The notes under the pieces are model-generated. The model saw only the letters and a program-made list of their open reading frames with translations. It was not told the DNA's origin and ran no database searches. The position numbers were made by a program, and so were the translations under genes. From contig NC_068981.1 in NCBI RefSeq assembly GCF_001194135.2, positions 88,051,947 to 88,108,655 on the forward strand: 56,709 nt of DNA, written 5' to 3'. The DNA comes from Octopus bimaculoides. Taxonomy: Eukaryota. Positions 22,213 through 36,074 of the stretch are shown in pieces. Positions within the stretch are counted from its first letter, which is position 1, and the number at the start of each line of letters is the position of its first letter.

Positions 22213-22914
22213 CAGGTGCTGAATACTATCTTTCCTTCCCATGTCCCTTTCCCAATTTTCAGAGTTGGCATTGTCAATGTAGGCACATTGAAAGGTAGGT
22301 CTAGTGAGATAGTTGAGATGCCTGAACGGAGGCATGTTGATGTATGTTGCATCCAAGAGGTAAGGTGTAGAGGAGCTTCAGCCAAGTTTATCACAGGCAA
22401 GACACATAGGTATAAAATCTTCTGAGAAGGTAACAGCGATGGGGTAGGTGGTGCGGGTATATTTCTTGCAGAGAAATAGGTGGATAAGGTAATAAAGGTA
22501 GTCAGTGTATGATAGAGTACTTAAGCTCAGGCTAGTCTTGCAGAATAGTATAGCAACAATTATCTCTGCCTATGCCCCACAAGTGGGCCTACCAAATGAA
22601 CAGAAGGACCACTTTTATGATATTCTTCTGCAGGCTACCTCAAAGACAAATGACAATGATCTCATCTTCATGGCTGGGGATTTTAATGGCAGCCCGGTAT
22701 CTTCCATGATGCACATGGGGGCCATGGAATTGGTTCCCAAAACGAAGAGAGAACAAGGCTACTGGAGTTCTATGATACAAATAACCTATTGATCTGCAAT
22801 ACCAACTTCAGGAAACCAGCCAGCCACCTGATAACCTACCAATCAGGTGACTGTGCTAGCCAGATCGATTACATTCTCACCAGACAGTGGGATACAAAGA
22901 CCCTCCCTGGTGAA
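22213..22914 (+). mobile_element. RTE-clade LINE, APE endonuclease fragment
   Basis: NVGTLKGRSSEIVEM..RR.VDVCCIQEVR, ISAYAPQVG, MAGDFNG, NT.FRKPASHLITYQSG..QIDYIL. Same family as 41450-41808. Confidence 0.9.
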
Positions 22915-24012
22915 CTGCCCCCGCCATACATGGGTTTATCTCCTGTTATATATCGTATTTTTTGTGAAACACTTTATCTGTCTTCAGACACTTCCATACT
23001 GGTTTTATCTGTAAACAATCTCTGTGCTGGATTTCTTCTGAGTCAAGCCTTACTTTTAATATCATATTGCACTCTTCTGACAGTAAGTCCCTGAACAAAA
23101 ATCAGGCACTTGAACGAGTCTGGAGTCAGTTTATCCAATTTAAATCTCTTGCACTCTCTGTTCACTCTACCTGTATATGTGGTAAAGTTTTCGTCATCAC
23201 ATTTCTCCACGTTCAAACACTTCCAACGTGTGTGGATAATGAACATCTTATATAAAATGTCAATTGTGTCTGTGAAATTTATGTCAGAAACTTTTTAAGG
23301 CAATATAAAGTTACAGTATTTCTCATGCTCTATCGTTGCCAGTTTCCTCAGAATTAGATATGTTTTCATTTCGTCCGTCCAGTCTTGGCATTCTTTTTCA
23401 AAAATTTGTTCGAATCTTTGGTAATGTGCCTCAAAAGTGATTCCTTCTTCTGAGTCATATTTAAATTCATTTTTTGAATTTGCTACATGCTTTGGTGAAA
23501 ATGTTTTCCGGTTTTGTTACCAACTTCATTAGTTGTAACATTTGTTGTTGTTCTTTGAGTTGTTGCTACTAATTTTGCAACTCAACTAAATCCACTAACA
23601 AGTTTTCCATGATTTTATGGATTTTTCATAAAATGTGTACAACAAAATGCTTGTTACTCCTCTATTGATTTGTTAATTTCTCCACATGTATTTTTTTAAA
23701 AAATTCCTCTGCATGAAAAAAATTTTTTTTTTCAACGTCATCCATGTGAATTTGCTTATATTCTCATCACCACTGTTATAATGTGGATCCTCATCCACAT
23801 GTATGTTATTGTTGGCACTGTAATATTATTGTTGCCACTATTATATTGTGGCAGTGTTCCGTGTCTTATTATCTTTGACTTGTTAATAGCTCTGCAAGAT
23901 AATGACTGTGAAACGTCTACCTTGAGGGTAACTAAAACTCGACTATACTACGTAACTGACACTCACTTCAACTGAGAACTCCTACAACGACTCTATTACT
24001 GACCTCTGTCTG
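22909..24012 (-). mobile_element. Gypsy (Mag-type) fragment: 5' LTR part, PBS and gag
   Basis: LTR end ...ATAACA at 23774. PBS TGGTGATGAGAAT resembles tRNA-Ser-type TGGCGACGAGGAT. Gag F..YQRFEQIF..W..KTYLILRKL..HEKYCNFILP..YTGRVNRECKRFKL..FKCLIFVQGL. The LTR runs into an N gap. Confidence 0.8.
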
Positions 24013-24852
24013 NNNNNNNNNNNNNNNNNNNNNNNNNNNNNNNNNNNNNNNNNNNNNNNNNNNNNNNNNNNNNNNNNNNNNNNNNNNNNNNNNNNNNNNN
24101 NNNNNNNNNNNNNNNNNNNNNNNNNNNNNNNNNNNNNNNNNNNNNNNNNNNNNNNNNNNNNNNNNNNNNNNNNNNNNNNNNNNNNNNNNNNNNNNNNNNN
24201 NNNNNNNNNNNNNNNNNNNNNNNNNNNNNNNNNNNNNNNNNNNNNNNNNNNNNNNNNNNNNNNNNNNNNNNNNNNNNNNNNNNNNNNNNNNNNNNNNNNN
24301 NNNNNNNNNNNNNNNNNNNNNNNNNNNNNNNNNNNNNNNNNNNNNNNNNNNNNNNNNNNNNNNNNNNNNNNNNNNNNNNNNNNNNNNNNNNNNNNNNNNN
24401 NNNNNNNNNNNNNNNNNNNNNNNNNNNNNNNNNNNNNNNNNNNNNNNNNNNNNNNNNNNNNNNNNNNNNNNNNNNNNNNNNNNNNNNNNNNNNNNNNNNN
24501 NNNNNNNNNNNNNNNNNNNNNNNNNNNNNNNNNNNNNNNNNNNNNNNNNNNNNNNNNNNNNNNNNNNNNNNNNNNNNNNNNNNNNNNNNNNNNNNNNNNN
24601 NNNNNNNNNNNNNNNNNNNNNNNNNNNNNNNNNNNNNNNNNNNNNNNNNNNNNNNNNNNNNNNNNNNNNNNNNNNNNNNNNNNNNNNNNNNNNNNNNNNN
24701 NNNNNNNNNNNNNNNNNNNNNNNNNNNNNNNNNNNNNNNNNNNNNNNNNNNNNNNNNNNNNNNNNNNNNNNNNNNNNNNNNNNNNNNNNNNNNNNNNNNN
24801 NNNNNNNNNNNNNNNNNNNNNNNNNNNNNNNNNNNNNNNNNNNNNNNNNNNN

Positions 24853-24889
<37 letters not shown>

Positions 24890-24894
<5 letters not shown>

Positions 24895-25111
24895 GGGTGC
24901 TGAAAAGTTCCTGTCTTTGGGTAAAAAATAAAAAAATACAGGAGGATCAGTTAATTATGATTTTATCCTACATATTTACCTCCTAGATTCACACACTTAT
25001 TGTAGCAGTACTTCAGTTTTTCTAAGCCTTGTAAAAGAACTTAGAAGGTTGGGCCTCCAGCCAGGCCTTTTGTGGTACCCTTAGAGTCAGGAACTTTTCA
25101 GCACCCCTTTG
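24890..25111. mobile_element. mariner-type MITE in (TA)n
   Basis: TIR GAGGGGTGCTGAAAAGTTCCTG / CAGGAACTTTTCAGCACCCCT with TA flanks. Confidence 0.85.
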
Positions 25112-27325
25112 TATGCAATGCAAGAAAAAAAGAAAGGGTCAAAGCTGGTACATCTCATCTTTTGATCATACATTTACTTAGCCAAGATGACCTGGGGCTA
25201 ACAACAATATAACAACATAACACAATGATTTACTATCTACTTATTAAATCCTACCATGACAGAGCTGAAAAATGCTAAGAGGCCAAAGTACTTTATGAAA
25301 CATTTTGATCTAATTTCAGAAAATATCTTAAGTAAACCAGCAGCCTATGTTTTTATGTACTAAATACTCACAAAATGCACCATCTTTCCAAGATGAATCA
25401 CAATGCAAACCTTGTTTAACACAATTGTTAAAAAGTCATGTCTCAATGTTTCTTTATTAAATACTTGACATCAATGTAGAACCTGTTTGTTAGACATTCT
25501 AAAAAGATGAGTCAAACAATACTGGGTCTTGTTAATACAAAGGCAGAAATGTTTTATCAGGTGTAGTAGGAAAGGTAAGAATTTTCAAGTGTATATTTCT
25601 TTTTGAGAATAAAAGGTTAATACAGAGTGAACTTAACGAAACTTCCTCAAAATTCTTAGTTACTACATATTTCTTTTCTTTTCTTAATCCAGCTTATACA
25701 GTACTGAAGCAAACAAATATATTCAACTAAATTAGATTGTCATTAATCTCAAGCTCAAGGTGTACATTCATTAAATTCTCAAACAATTTGCTCTCCTATT
25801 GACCTCATTGCATAAATTTTCCCAGTTAAGAATATTTAGTTATTAATAATAATTTTAATGATTAAGGATGTCAGAGTAAGTGTTACTGCAGATATAAATT
25901 ACATATGAAAGAGAATCATAAATAACTGATGGGAATTAAATCCATTCTGAGTTGATGTCGTTGTGCATTAACCACTGTACTATGAGTATAGCTTGACTAT
26001 AGGATATTAGTAGGTTATCATATCACAGTGTTTAATGCCTCAAAATATTAATTCAGAGACACAATAGCCTCGGGTAGTTTTCCTACTTGGCTGGTTCCTG
26101 TCAACCCTCCTACCCATGCATGCATAGAAGATGGGCATTAAATGATGATGATGATGATATGGGCTCAATTCCTACTGCTTCTTACTTTTGATTCCTTTTT
26201 ATATCTATCATACTACAGTTTCAGTTTTAATTACAGGTATGTTACATTCACTCATAGATTATATCTCAAACTATTAAATTAAATTTAGATATTCTTATTT
26301 ATGCACTATTTTCTACTCCCAAACATTGAAATCTCTGCAGATCTTTTACTGACATTGTTTTTTCTCTCATCTATTTGTCTCACTCTGATAGAAAACATTT
26401 TTATTACTTTTACAGACTCAGAATCTTTAATTTAATTCCTTTGCATCAATAAAAATATCTTAGTCATATTCCAACCAAAACATTTCCATCACACATGTTT
26501 CTTCAGTAAATTCCTTTCATATACCTCTTTCTTTTCCAGATATATATTCTTGCAAAGTGATAGAGACAGACAAAGGAAGGATTAAGAGGAAGTATTGAAA
26601 AAGCATAGGGCTGCACCCGAGAATATTATTGCTCACAAGATGACATAGAATAAAAATGCCAGTGCCAAAATTCTAGAAAATATTAAAATGATGGTAATGA
26701 TAATGAAATTGATGATGATGATGATGTTAGTGGAGATGATATTTGTCAAGTACCTTTTTCTCTACAAATACATTTTCCCTGTACATGTTCTCATGTTCTT
26801 CATCACATACTTCCCATTCCTTTGTTTCATTGTGTATTTACTATAATGAATTTTTAAACTTCCTTTAGAATTCTACACAATATACTACAGTTGTTCTATC
26901 ATTTATAAAATACATTGTATAGAAAAAGTGTCAGTGACTAGCTGGAGGATTGATTTTGAAAATTAATAATTCATGAGATTGGTTGAAAACAAAAGGGTCA
27001 CCAGATGGTCCAATGCAAGTCTTGAGCTGTCCATTTCAAACTTCAGACATCTTAAAAAAAGAACTGTCTATTTTAAAAAACACACACGCTTTTGTGGAGT
27101 GGTTAAATATATTTAGCTAAAATAAGAACAGAAGCATACGTTGACACATACACACATGGCGGTTGGGTAAGGTGGATGGATAGACGAACATTTGAAGCTA
27201 TTGCTCAAACTACAGCTGTGGTAAAAGACACATGAACAAAGTGCCATGTAGTGGGATTGAACTGAAATCCATACCTGCACCAATATGTATAAGTAAATTC
27301 CATTGCTGAACTCTCCAATCCATTA

Positions 27326-27886
27326 AAAGGTTAACAGTGATTTTAAAATATAAAAATAAACAATGTCATTATTTAGCTTTTCTTCTCCCAAACCATTTGG
27401 CAATAATCACTAATTTTTAAAGGAGTTTCCATGCTCAAAAATGCTATGTTGTGTAATTGTGTGTGTACATACATTCATACATACATGCAGGAGAGAGTAA
27501 GAGAGGAGGGGTGAGTTGCAAACTAAACATGTTACAGAAAGACAGATTTGAGAAAAATCATTAAAGTGATTAAAACCTTCAGCCATAAATTATCATGAGA
27601 ATTTTTGGTTAATTTACATTCCATTTATTGATTTAATATTCCAGTTAATGAAATGTCATTATTTCATTTCACTGCTTAATTCTTAATTATTTTCATGATC
27701 AACTGAAACCAAAAACTGTGTATTTCTTTAGAAATATGGCCATGGAAGGATTAACTTTACTCAATTCAGCTTTTAGATCTGTATCAGTAAGATGGATAAA
27801 TTTAGTGCTATGTTAACAAAGGTAACATTGATTTTAAAATATAAGAATAAACAATGTCATTATTTAGTCTTTTTTTTCTCAAACCA
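27326..27886. repeat. ~70-bp direct repeat pair, ~490 bp apart
   Basis: GATTTTAAAATATAA.AATAAACAATGTCATTATTTAG...CAAACCAT at 27326-27396 and 27818-27886. Confidence 0.8.
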
Positions 27887-28039
27887 TGTTGTATCAGATC
27901 ATTAAGAACGAAATGTTCAATTTTGAACTGAAAGTTTAATTTACTTTATCTCAACAAAAAGCAATGCAGTTAATCAAAGTATGCACCTAAGTTATCAACA
28001 CAATTTTGCCATTTTATCGGTAGCTAATTTATGCTGGCA

Positions 28040-28330
28040 GTGAAGAATTCTAGAGAGCGAGAGGTGATGAAATCACGAAAAAATTTCAAATCTTCCCAGA
28101 TTTGAAATTTTTTCCTTGCAAAAAGTTGTCTAATGCCTGGAAAACATGATAGTCAGTTGTTGCAAGGTCTGGTGTATGTAATGGATAACAGAGTACTTCC
28201 AAGTTCAATTCCTGTAACTTGCATAGCGCTCTTTGTGCAACATGTGGTTGAGCAGTCTTGCAAGAGAATTGGCCTGTCTCTCTCGACCAATCTTGGTTGT
28301 TTAATTGCAAGTTTAAATATCATGGAATTA
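28040..28330 (-). mobile_element. mariner transposase relic (C-terminal)
   Basis: AQPHVAQ..LCKLQELNLEVLCYPLHTPDLATTDYHVFQALDNFLQGK resembles the YSPDLAPSDY region. Confidence 0.8.
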
Positions 28331-29999
28331 CTGGTGGTTTGGGGAGGTTATGGCACAGGATAATGTCTGTACATTATGAGAACAATTTATCAACAAACAA
28401 ACAGTCTATTTGAGTCTAGTCCTCTTAACCCAATCATTTTTAATCTGGGATGCCACAATATTCTGAAATTGTCACTGCAAACTCTCAAAGATGATCAAAC
28501 AATTTTCTTTAGACATTTTCTTAGTGTTAAAATTTGAGGAACAATTTCTGTTACCATACTCATTTTGAAGGTTATAAAATAAAGAAGGAAGGTGAGTGAG
28601 GGCAAATGAAAATCACTGTTCTAACCACTCATCTACTGTATGATATGATATATGTATTGTGTAAACTAAAGCTAATTTGACTATTTTTCAAACTCATTAA
28701 AAGTAGGTGTGGTAGATGAGTCGCATAATCAACATTGTTTGCTTAAATATATATCAGGTAAACATTAATACGTTAACTATATCCAGTAATGACAACAGTG
28801 ATATTAAAGAGGGAAACCAATAAATTGAAAAAACTGGAAGCTCCTTAAACAAATAGATATGATATAAAGTTAATTTTACTCTGATAAGGAAATGAGACAG
28901 AAGAGAGGTAGGGTTTAAAATGTGCGTGTGTGTGTGTAGAAAGAGAGAGAGAGAGAAAGACACAAAGAGAGATAGAGTGCATGTAAACATTACTGTATGA
29001 GAATGGTTCTTTACAAGCTTTAGTGTTGTTGTAGTTGCTGTTGAGTATTCAAAGTCAAGTGAGATCTAACTATTGACTTATGGGCTCAGAAGAGGTTAAT
29101 TTAATAGTGGTAAATAAGACATGTACATATCCAACAACAAAACCAAAAGCAAGCATCAGGAGCAAGTCAGATTATGTTGATGAGGAGTTTTAACATACGA
29201 TCAAAAATTTGGGAAGAGAGAATGGCTGATAAAAATCAATCTCAGTGCTTGACTAGTACTTAATTTATCAATCATAAGTACCTGACAGGTACTTAGTTTA
29301 TCAACTACAGGTGAAGAATTCAAACAAAGAGCATCACTAAATATTGCATGGCATTTTGCCTAAGAGTTTATTATTAATATTTTCATCACTAATCATCATC
29401 ACCATATTAACACCTAATTTTCTTTGCTCACATGGTTGGATGGAATTTGTCATGGAAGATTTCTTCCTATAATCAAACGCTCTTGTTATCACTATTCCTA
29501 ACCAGTTTTCAAGTAAAATAATATTTCCCATGACCAGACGTTTTCATGGAAGATTAGAAATCAAGGGCACTACACACATGATGGTGGTATTCGTTTGTGT
29601 TAGCAGTGCAATATTTTCATTTTTAAGTGATAAACTATAGATTTTCTATAGAATTCAGAGCTATAACAGTAAGTGTGTACATTGGGTATGTTTTTCATGA
29701 CACCAGCACAAGTGAGGTCACAAAGTGTAACTTGAAAGACAAAGAAAGGAAAGGAAGAAGAAACAGCCCCCTCAACTGAGTGGGAGAAGATTTGAGAGAG
29801 GAGGAAGTGACCTTATGTCAGATGTTGAAGGCTAAAATATAAGAGGGAGAAACGCAGGTGTCTTGCAATAGAGGAGATACAAGGCTTCCCAACATTGTGA
29901 GTGTAGGTGAGAGTAGTTGGAAGGGAGATAAAGATGGTGGTGACAAGGTGCCAGAATGTACACACCAGCACATATTTTACCTTTCTCTAAAATATCACC

Positions 30000-30120
30000 T
30001 CTTGAACCCACATATTAAATTTGTGCCCTTGAGGCAGATTAGAAATTTGTGCCTTTGTACATATTAAAAATTTGTACTCTTGTGTCATATTACAAATTTT
30101 GTATCCTCGAACCCATATAA
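30000..30120. repeat. Degenerate ~27-30-bp minisatellite (about 4 units)
   Basis: CATATTA.AAATTTGT recurs. Confidence 0.55.
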
Positions 30121-30341
30121 GAATTCAGTTTTAAAATTTTGTGGGGCTATCAATCCCATTGTTAAAGTGAATATTTACAATATTTATATCTATTCTTTGT
30201 TTCAGTCAATTCAACAATAATAAGGCAAATAATAAGGCAAATCTAAAATGCTGATTATTTTGTTGTTTTTAAAACAACACCAAACTAAACAGGTTAGAAG
30301 TAAATGGAAATTTTAAAATATTTATAAGACAGAGTTTAGTT

Positions 30342-30600
30342 TAGTGGTTCTCAACTAGAGTCCATATGGCCATTGGGTGGGGGGTGGGGGGATGTCCATA
30401 TAATATTTTTGTAGTTAAAATCTATCAGCAATATACTTCTACAATACACAAAATATTTTAACAGATTTTTATACAACCCCTAATGACAATTATAAAAATA
30501 TAATAGGATTTTTTAAACATGGAAAACTTCTATAACGGTCCATCTGCATAAAACTCCGGAATTGAAGGAATCCATAGATAAAAATGGTTGAGGAACATCG
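30342..30600. mobile_element. hAT (Charlie-like) MITE
   Basis: .AGTGGTTCTCAAC TIR, degenerate at the right end. 8-bp TSD GTTTAGTT at 30334-30341 and 30601-30608. Confidence 0.8.
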
Positions 30601-31224
30601 GTTTAGTTGATGGCTCTCAGATACTGGGTCATTTGAACTGACCTATACTTATATTTAAAGGCGTTTTTTGTCTCATTTCATTAAACCACCATAAAATTTT
30701 CTGTCACATCCCCCCCCCCCCGGAAGTCTGATTAAAATTCATAGCCATAGATCACTGCCATCAATTTCTTCAACAGGTTTACAGTGTAGGGTAATAAATC
30801 TCTTGAATTAAATTAAACCAAAGTGGTTTAGATTGATAGATAAGAGTTTACTGCTTTAGTGTCAGGTACTGTTGCTTGATTAGTTAACTAATGTGGATTT
30901 ATCAGTTAGATAAGAGCTTAATGTTATAAATCTCTCTGGCTGACCATACTTTGACCAGGTTCATCAACATACAACTGAAATTTTCTGTGTCCTGGTAAAT
31001 GTATTAACAAGCCCAAGCTAACATCCTTAACTTTCATTTAAAAAAAATTTATATAACAATGACAACAACAACAATGATGATCATGATCATGGTGATGATG
31101 ATGATAGTGGTGGTAACAGTGGTAGGTGGTGGTGGCAGTGGTGATAGAAAGGGAAGAATCAATTATTGGATGAATGATTAATGTTGTAGCTGATTGAACA
31201 CTGATAATTTTGGAAATATTTGAT

Positions 31225-31400
31225 AATACATAGATGCGTGACTATATGGTAAGAAGTTTGTTTCCCAATCACACGGTTTCAGGATCAGTCCCACTGCATG
31301 GCACCTCTTCTACTATAGTTCCAGGACAGCCAAAGCCTTGTGAGTGGATTTGATAAAAGGAAACTGAAAGAAGTCTGTTGTGTATGTGTGCACATGCATT
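31225..31400 (+). mobile_element. OR2-like SINE fragment
   Basis: tRNA-like head and AAAGCCTTGTGAGTGGATTTG...GGAAACTGAAAGAAG. Confidence 0.7.
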
Positions 31401-31619
31401 ACTATCTCCTTGTCATGACATCATATGATAGTTGTAAATGACTGTCACTGTCATGCAAACAGTGTCCATTGTAAAAACATGTCTGGCCATGAGGAAATAT
31501 TGCCTTACTTGGAAACAGGTGAGAGTTGGTGATGGAAAGAGCATCCAGCCATAGAAAATTCATCTCAACAAATTCTAGCTGACTTGTGTAAGCATGGAAA
31601 AGTTGATAAAAAGAGTAAA

Positions 31620-31955
31620 GCCCCCACTTAGGTCATGAATGACCATGAGATTGCACTTAGAAAGTTCCCCTCCAAGGCACAAGTCTGGGCAAGGTTGTTT
31701 ATGGAAGGTCAACAGTCACCCAAGCATACCAGCCTCCTCTCTCCACACCACTGATGTTATCCAAAGGAAAGGCAAAAGCTGATACAGCTTGGCACCAGTG
31801 ATGTTACAGTTCATTTCTACAGCTGAGTGAACTGGAGCAACATGAAATTAAGTGTCTTGCTCAAGAACACAACACACAACCTGGTCCAGGAGTCAAACTC
31901 ACTACCACATGATTGTGAGTCCCATGCTCTAGCAACTGAGGCATGCACCTTCACA
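31620..31955 (-). mobile_element. Family D SINE with extended tail
   Basis: Collinear with 34170-34515 (GGTCA.GAATGACCATG.GATTGCAC...AGCTGAGTGAACTG). Confidence 0.75.
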
Positions 31956-32429
31956 TAAATGTTGATGCTAAAATGCTAACTATATATATNNNNNNNNNNT
32001 TCCGCCCGGCATCCAAAACTTGGAGTTTTATCATGGCTACCAAATAATTGTCACATATTTTTACAGGTAAATTCTTCTATTTACATAATATCGAGGTCTC
32101 TTTCTTTCTTTTGTTGTCTTTCCTATCAATATATATATATATATATCGTATTTCGGGATGGGTATTTATTCATTTTTTTTCCCAATTAAACACACACACA
32201 CTATATATTCATTCTTCACTTGTTTATTACTGTTCTTATGCTAAAATAAGAACAGTAATAAATGGGTGAAGAACGAATATATAGTGCATGCGTTTATTTG
32301 ACAACAAAAAAAAAAAAAGACCATCCTGAAATATAACAATATCTGTTTCAATACATGGTTTTACATCAGGGATCTTGCAACACAAAATCCTAAACGTATA
32401 TATATATATACCCATCAAGCTGAGCAAAA

Positions 32430-32660
32430 TTGCAGTCATGGCAAATACTGGTGTCACACAAAGTGCACCCATGCCAGTGGCACATAAAAGCACCCACTAC
32501 ACTCACAGGGTGGTTGGTGTTAGGAAGGGCATCCAGCCATAGAAAGCCATGCTGAACTGATTCAGACTGGAGTCTGGTACAGCCTTCCAGCTTACCAGCC
32601 TTGGTCAAACCGTCCAACCCATACCAGCATGGACAATGGACGTTAATTGATGATGATGAT
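32430..32660 (+). mobile_element. Family A repeat
   Basis: AAAAGCACCCACTACACTC..GGAAGGGCATCCAGC..CCAACCCAT..GCATGG and a (GAT)n tail. Confidence 0.85.
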
Positions 32661-33197
32661 AATATATATATATATATATACTGTAAAAGACCCAATGAAC
32701 AAGAACTTGGTATTACAGAGCCATGTGATACAAAAGCAAATTTTATATTCACATAATCAAGCCTATATTTAACAAATTCATTAATGTTATGTGAAATAAA
32801 CACTATCCTATCAAAGAAATGGCATCATTTTATAAGAAACAATAGCAGTTTATAACAATTTCTTAAATTTATAGCTGATAGAGGAAACCGGTTATTGTTG
32901 TGTTTTAAGCCTTTCTTGAGGATATTAACAGAAATGTAGTTTTCATACCAGTATGCTTCAGACCATTTCTATTTTTATGATGCAAACTACCTGTTTTAAT
33001 CCTTTAGCATTTAAACCAGCCATATCTGGTCCAAGTAGTCAACCTGTTTTATGTTCAAACTGACTAGGTCTGGTCCATCATACCTATGCTAAAATGTCAT
33101 TTTAAAAATTAACAATTACATGATTGGACTCCTCAAAACTACAAGATAATGCTTGATTAATTCAAAACAATGTGAATAAAGAAGTATTACATTTGAG

Positions 33198-33585
33198 TAG
33201 TGGAGGCACAATGGCCCAGTGGTTAGGGCAGTGGACTCGCGGTCATAGGATCGCGGTTTCGATTCTCAGACCGGGCGTTGTGAGTGTTTATTGAGTGAAA
33301 ACACCTAAAGCTCCACGAGGTTCCAGCAGGGGATGGTGGTGAATCCTGCTGCACTCTTTCACCACAACTTTCTCTCACTCTTACTTCCTGTTTCTTTTGT
33401 GCCTGTAATTCAAAGGGCCAGCCTTGTCACATTGTGTCATGCTGAATATCCCTGTGAACTACGTTAAGGGTACACATGTCTGTGGAGTGCTTAGCCACTT
33501 GCACGTTAATTTCATGAGTAGGCTGTTCCGTTGATCAGATCAACTGGAACCCTCGTCGTTGTAAGCGACGGAGTGCCAACAACAA
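33198..33585 (+). mobile_element. tRNA-derived SINE (OR1-like) nested in a piggyBac-like MITE
   Basis: TGGCCCAGTGG A box and GTTTCGATTC B box. Flanked by ACATTTGA / ACATTTAA (probable TSD). Confidence 0.8.
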
Positions 33586-33767
33586 CACATTTAAGTAATC
33601 TGAAAGTAGTCCAAATGAAAAAAAAAAAACAAAAAAAAAAACTTTCATGCTGATTTATGTTCCTTAAACCAACATTGTAATGACAAAAGTTATTTTACTA
33701 AATTCTTCATTATTTCCAAAGTTAATTGAAACAAGAGCAGTGTATTTCCACAGAAATATGGAGAAAT

Positions 33768-33886
33768 GCTTATGGCTATATCACATTGAATGCACTGGTT
33801 CTTGTCTGATCTCCGAAGTTAAGCAACATTGAGCCTAGTTAGTACTTAGATGAGTGACCACTTGAGAAACCTAGGTGCTGTAAGCA
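33768..33886 (+). pseudogene. 5S rRNA-derived sequence, full length, CpG-decayed
   Basis: GCTTATGGCTATATCACATTGAATGCACTGGTTCTTGTCTGATCTCCGAAGTTAAGCAAC...AGTACTTAGATGAGTGACC...GGTGCTGTAAGC is 119 nt and collinear with metazoan 5S. A T5 run follows at 33895-33899. Confidence 0.9.
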
Positions 33887-34169
33887 TCTCACACTTTTTC
33901 AAGGTGGTGCTCCAGCATGGCCACACTCAACTGAATGAAACAAATGAAAGAATAAATATGGTAACAAAATGGTTAAACTGGATGAGAGCTGATTACTTCA
34001 CTATGCAGTTAGCTGTGTGAAGAGGAATAAGAAGCAGGGCAGACTTGTTAGAAACCAAATAAAAAGATGAAATACTTCTTGACCTAAAATACAAAATCAG
34101 ACAATGAAAAAAAATATTTATTTATTCATCATAATCCACGTAGCCAAGTAATTTAAATCCTGTGTAAAA

Positions 34170-34515
34170 GGATGAAGGGCAAAGACCCCCTTCGGTCACG
34201 AATGACCATGGGATTGCACCAAGAAAGTTCCCCTCTGAGGCATAAGTCCAGGCAAGTTTGTTTATGGAAGACCAACAGTTGCCCATGCATACCAGTCTCT
34301 CCTTGCCATGCCACCAATGTTATCCAAGGGAAAGGCAAAGGTCAATACAGCTTGGCACCAGTGACGTTGCAACTCATTTCTACAGCTGAGTGAACTGAAG
34401 CAATGTGAAAATAAAGTGTCTTGCTCAAGAACAAAACATACAGCTTGGTCTGGGAATTGAACTCACTACCTCATGATTGTGAGCCCCACGTTCTAAGCAC
34501 TGAGCCATGTGCCTT
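34170..34515 (-). mobile_element. Family D SINE with extended tail
   Basis: Collinear with 31620-31955. Confidence 0.75.
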
Positions 34516-34962
34516 GAATCATGTGTTAACAAAGGGAAACATTCCACAGTTTGGCATTAAACTGGTCGTACTGTCACACCTAAAATTAAACAGAGCCTAA
34601 TTGACAAGTTTCTGCTTCTGATTTTCAAAAGTCAAATTAATTGATTGAAAGTGTCAAAATATTTAGGTTGTTCCCATTGACATATTCCTATTGTTACATC
34701 TTTTGTATCAGTCTGACATGCATACAATCCTCCTGTACCACCTCCCTCTGTCTGTTTTTGTGCACACACACATGCACGAATACACACATATACACGCACA
34801 CACACACATGCATGATTTTGCTTAGGCATATTGTTAGTAATGATGAGTTATTAGTTCTCAATATGCATTTGAATAAAAGTATTAGGCAACTACAGAGTGT
34901 AATATCAATTAATGAATGACAAAGGAACATCAATTACATAACTTCATTAGCTGTGTGTGTGT

Positions 34963-35007
<45 letters not shown>

Positions 35008-36074
35008 CATGTGCGTGTGTCTTTTATCTTTTATCTATTTCAGTCATTAGACTGTGGCCATGCTGGGGCACCACCTTGAAGAATTTTTAGTTGAATAAAT
35101 CAACACTAGTACTTGTTTTTTTGTTAAGCCCACTACTTATTTTAGCAGTTATTTTCGCTGAGCCACTAAGTTATGGGGATGTAAACACCCCAATACCGGT
35201 TGTCAAGCAGTGGTAGGGGGACAGACACAGTCACAAAGACACAATCTTACGATCATGAGTCCAACACCCTTACCACCAAGCCATGTGCCTCCACTCTGTG
35301 GTGTTGTAACAGGCTCTAGTCTGATTTTGGCTTGGTGTCTATGGCTGGATGCTTTTCCTAATGCCAACCACTCTAACAGTGTAGTGGGTGCCTTTTATGT
35401 GTCACCAGCACTGTCCTCAACTATGATATCACTTGGCTTGACAAGTCTTCTCAAGCACAGCAAATCACCAAATGTCTCAATCACTTGTCATTGGCTCCAT
35501 CAAACTCAACATCCAAAGATCATGCTTCACCACCTTGCCTCATGTCTTCCTGGGTCTACCTCTTCCACAGGTTCNNNNNNNNNNNNNNNNNNNNNNNNNN
35601 NNNNNNNNNNNNNNNNNNNNNNNNNNNNNNNNNNNNNNNNNNNNNNNNNNNNNNNNNNNNNNNNNNNNNNNNNNCACACGTGCACAGTACACACACACAT
35701 GCACATGCATACACACAAATATACATATGTACACACATTATACATGCACATACATGTACACATGCACTGACGTACACATGCACCCACACTTTGTTTCAGT
35801 TATTGGACTGCGATCATATTGAGGTGCTGTCTTGAAGGGTTTAGTCAAACAATTCAATCCGAGTACTTTTATAGCCTGGTAGTTATTCTTTCTCTCAATC
35901 TTACTTCCTGTGTCTGTTGCACATGTAGTTTGAAGGGCCAGCTTTGTCACACTATGTGTCACGCTGAATCTCCCCGAGAACTNNNNNNNNNNTCATCTAT
36001 GTAGCACATTATGGGTGATCTGTGTATGTGTGTGTATGTTTACGTACCTGTGTGTGTGTATATATGTATATATA

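Noticed and set aside
33768-33886. Functional 5S rRNA gene
   Set aside because: It carries many C-to-T/G-to-A changes at conserved positions, is a solitary copy, is fused to a SINE tail and is flanked by a TSD.
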